This document shows positions 50,100 to 52,454 of a stretch of DNA of 52,454 bases, piece by piece. The DNA comes from Chromera velia (lineage: Eukaryota). The position numbers and the translations under genes were made by a program. Position 1 is the stretch's first letter. The number at the start of each line of letters is the position of its first letter. The notes under the pieces are model-generated. The model saw only the letters and a list, made by a program, of their open reading frames with translations. It was not told where the DNA came from and did not search any database. The DNA lies in assembly GCA_018398765.1 (NCBI GenBank), contig JAHBMJ010000257.1, positions 1-52,454 on the forward strand. Reading direction: 5' to 3'.

Positions 50100-51620
50100 A
50101 TGCAAGCGTCTCTCCGGCAGCCGCGCCCGGTCGATCCCTCTGCTGCTCCCCCTTCTGCGAATGAGCAGAAGAGGAGACCTTTCAGCTCCCTTCCTCCAGA
50201 AATGCAGGAAGAAATCAGGCAAAAGCAGAAAGCAGCGAAAGAAAAGAAGAATGTGCAAGGAGACGGGGTCCGGTCAAAGTCTTCGGGCCGACAGGTTCCC
50301 TCTGCATCATTGCTTTCAGACAAAGCTGCAGACTCCAAACCGGAAGCCGCCCTTCCACTGGCATCAGCTTCTTCGTCTTCTTTCTCCCCCGGTTCCGATT
50401 CCTTCCCTTCGATGATCACAGAAGCCCAGTACTTCGCAGCATGCCCCTACAGCTTCTTTTCCCACCGCTCTCTCACCGCATCTGAAGAGTCAGTGGACAC
50501 TCTTATGACACAAGTCAAAGAGAAGAGAGTTGTGGGGTACGCAGGTGAGAACCCGGTCACCATGGCCGAGTTCCATTATTTTTCTTTTCAGGGGACAGAC
50601 GAAGAAAAGTGGAGCCCCCGTCTGTACGCCAAACTTGCTTGGGAAGGCTTCTTTACAATCACCCAGGGAGCCCGGTCGGGCAGACACCACACACCCCTCC
50701 CCGAGTTACAACCGTTTTACTCCGTAGTGGAGTGGCGCAACTTCCATTCCTGTAAGCACGTGAAGAAAGGGCTCCGGAGGTTGCGGTCCAGTTCGGGTGT
50801 GGGCAGGCTTGAGTTGCGGTGCACGACAGATGTGGACAGTGTGTGGAGAGGTGTGACGCAGTACCATGAGGACCTGCACGGCGTGAATTGGCTGTCGAAG
50901 CGGTATCTTGAGACAATGACGAAGGCATCTGCGGATCCAGAACTGAACTTTCGTGCGCATGCGATTGCGTTATATGTCCTCCCTCCTGAGACAGGAGGAG
51001 GAGACGGAAAAGGGGGGGAAGAGGGTTTGGGAGGGTCGGGGGGGGGGAGCGAGTCTGAAGTTGTAGACAGAGAGCCTAGGTTGATTGCGGGTGAAATTGG
51101 GTACAGCATTGGGCCTGTGTATACTAGCCTGAGCGGGTTTAGTGAGCGTCTAGAAAGAGAAGGTATGCATGGGGGGGAGGAGGATTGGGTTGACGAGGAC
51201 GAGGGGGGGACTGGAAAAGTCATGGAGGATGCTCGAGAAGTCACTGCAAAGACGGCAAGCAGTGTCGACTCGGACGTTCTTGATCTAGGGGGGGTAGGAG
51301 CGGGTACTGCTCAGCTTCTCCTCCTCGGTTTGTGGCTGGAAGAAAGGGGGTTTTCGTTTTGGAGCCTGGGGCATTGTTACTCACCCGCAATGGATTACAA
51401 GCGGAGGCTTGGACATCGGGTCCTCCCTCGTGAGGCTTTCCTCGAGAGGTTGCAGGAGGTCCGGGGGCCCTTCATCCGCCCTCCATCGGGTGATTTGGGC
51501 GGAAGGAGTCTTGAGGTAGGGGGAGGGGGGGAGAGTGGAGGTTCCAAGTCCAAAGGATTCCAGCCGTTTGCGGGAGATGATAGTGTGGCTGCAAAGAAGC
51601 TGCTTCGAATCCAAACATGA
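50100..51620 (+). CDS. Aminoacyl-tRNA-protein transferase of the leucyl/phenylalanyl-transferase (Aat)/ATEL1 type, intronless, ~506 aa
   Basis: Motifs WSPRLYAKLAWEGFFTI, LPELQPFYSVVEWRNFH, LIAGEIGYSIGPVYTSLSGF and GTAQLLLLGLWLEERGFSFWSLGH...MDYKRRLGHRVLPREAFL fit the L/F-transferase GNAT-like family. First in-frame ATG is at 50100. Confidence 0.8.
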   Translation: MQASLRQPRPVDPSAAPPSANEQKRRPFSSLPPEMQEEIRQKQKAAKEKKNVQGDGVRSKSSGRQVPSASLLSDKAADSKPEAALPLASASSSSFSPGSDSFPSMITEAQYFAACPYSFFSHRSLTASEESVDTLMTQVKEKRVVGYAGENPVTMAEFHYFSFQGTDEEKWSPRLYAKLAWEGFFTITQGARSGRHHTPLPELQPFYSVVEWRNFHSCKHVKKGLRRLRSSSGVGRLELRCTTDVDSVWRGVTQYHEDLHGVNWLSKRYLETMTKASADPELNFRAHAIALYVLPPETGGGDGKGGEEGLGGSGGGSESEVVDREPRLIAGEIGYSIGPVYTSLSGFSERLEREGMHGGEEDWVDEDEGGTGKVMEDAREVTAKTASSVDSDVLDLGGVGAGTAQLLLLGLWLEERGFSFWSLGHCYSPAMDYKRRLGHRVLPREAFLERLQEVRGPFIRPPSGDLGGRSLEVGGGGESGGSKSKGFQPFAGDDSVAAKKLLRIQT

Positions 51621-52454
51621 AGAAAATAAAAAACAATAAGTGTTTGGAGGCCCCACAGGTCCCACACAGCCGCAGCAATTTGCCAGCTAGTTTGCCAGCA
51701 AACAGGGAAACCAATCAATGAATCAATCATCAATCAATAAGTACAACCCGTAAAAGCCTTTCTCTGTCTATGTCTATCATGATATCTGACTCTACTTCGG
51801 TCTGTCTGTCTGTCTGTTTGTCTGTCTGCCAGAAAAAGAAATTTAGTCATTGAGAAAGTCTGTTACTAGGCCTAAGATGAGGAGATTTCTAGTATAAGGA
51901 GATTTACTAGCGAATACATAGGGATACACTATCAAATTCTAAAAACTAAAAAAATGGTTACAATTAAGTGTTTTAAAAATATATATATATTATACATATA
52001 TAACTTGAACTAGAACTTGAAGGACTCTATATTAGGGCTATAGTATTAGGGAGTATGCAGAAATTATATGAAATTATTGTTTAAAGCAGCGCAAATTAAT
52101 TTGCTCAAAAATTTTTGCTGCGCAATCGATTTGACATCCCGTACCATAATTGCCCCCATTTGAGTGCTATAGGATTTAGATCGAGGGGTAATTTTCAAAA
52201 AAAAAAAAAATGTTTTTACTTTTTTTATTTTTTATTTTTTTCTTGATGTCAAACTAAAAGGTGTTATAATTATTAAAGTGTTATTGATGTGTTGCACGAA
52301 ATTCAATCAACAAGTGTTGTTTAAGTGGTGTTATACTATTTCTAGTACTATTGTAATCAGCCACTTATAGAGAGGCGGCGGCGGGCGTGCAGTGGTCGGC
52401 CCGAATCGGCCGGTCCCGAGCCGCGGCGTTGCTTATCGGGGCAGCGCGACTGGA

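Noticed and set aside
52085..52160. Weak resemblance (GCGCAATCG ... TTGCCCCC) to the MITE arm at 40366-40410
   Set aside because: Too short and gapped to support homology by eye.

Overview
Eukaryotic, intron-rich genomic DNA. Microsatellite-laden introns, frequent TGCATGCA words, AT-rich intergenic blocks and an L/F-transferase-like gene suggest an apicomplexan relative such as a chromerid (inference only). Genes reconstructed by hand: (1) a complete 23-exon cullin (CUL1-like, ~785 aa, +); (2) a 3-exon ~2205-aa disordered protein (+) with 8 clustered LC8/DYNLL-type xQT motifs and an RVxF motif; (3) a 3-exon ~2026-aa WDR13-like WD40 protein with a very long low-complexity N-terminus (-); (4) an intronless ankyrin-repeat gene (+); (5) a multi-exon low-complexity protein (-); (6) an intronless aminoacyl-tRNA-protein transferase of the L/F-transferase/ATEL1 type (+); plus a probable first exon of a gene leaving the left edge. 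At 39.9-42.8 kb two decayed non-LTR retrotransposon 3' ends lie tail to tail, each with a 3' stem-loop and a short repeat tail, and one is split by a ~506-bp palindromic MITE-like element. Other observations: an atypical splice-donor consensus (invariant +5G, frequent +3C, no +3A in 22 cullin introns), a degenerate 5-unit tandem array at 12.2-12.75 kb, and ~8.6 kb of transcript-like sequence with no evident coding role at 21.7-30.3 kb. No tRNA, rRNA or CRISPR array is supported.
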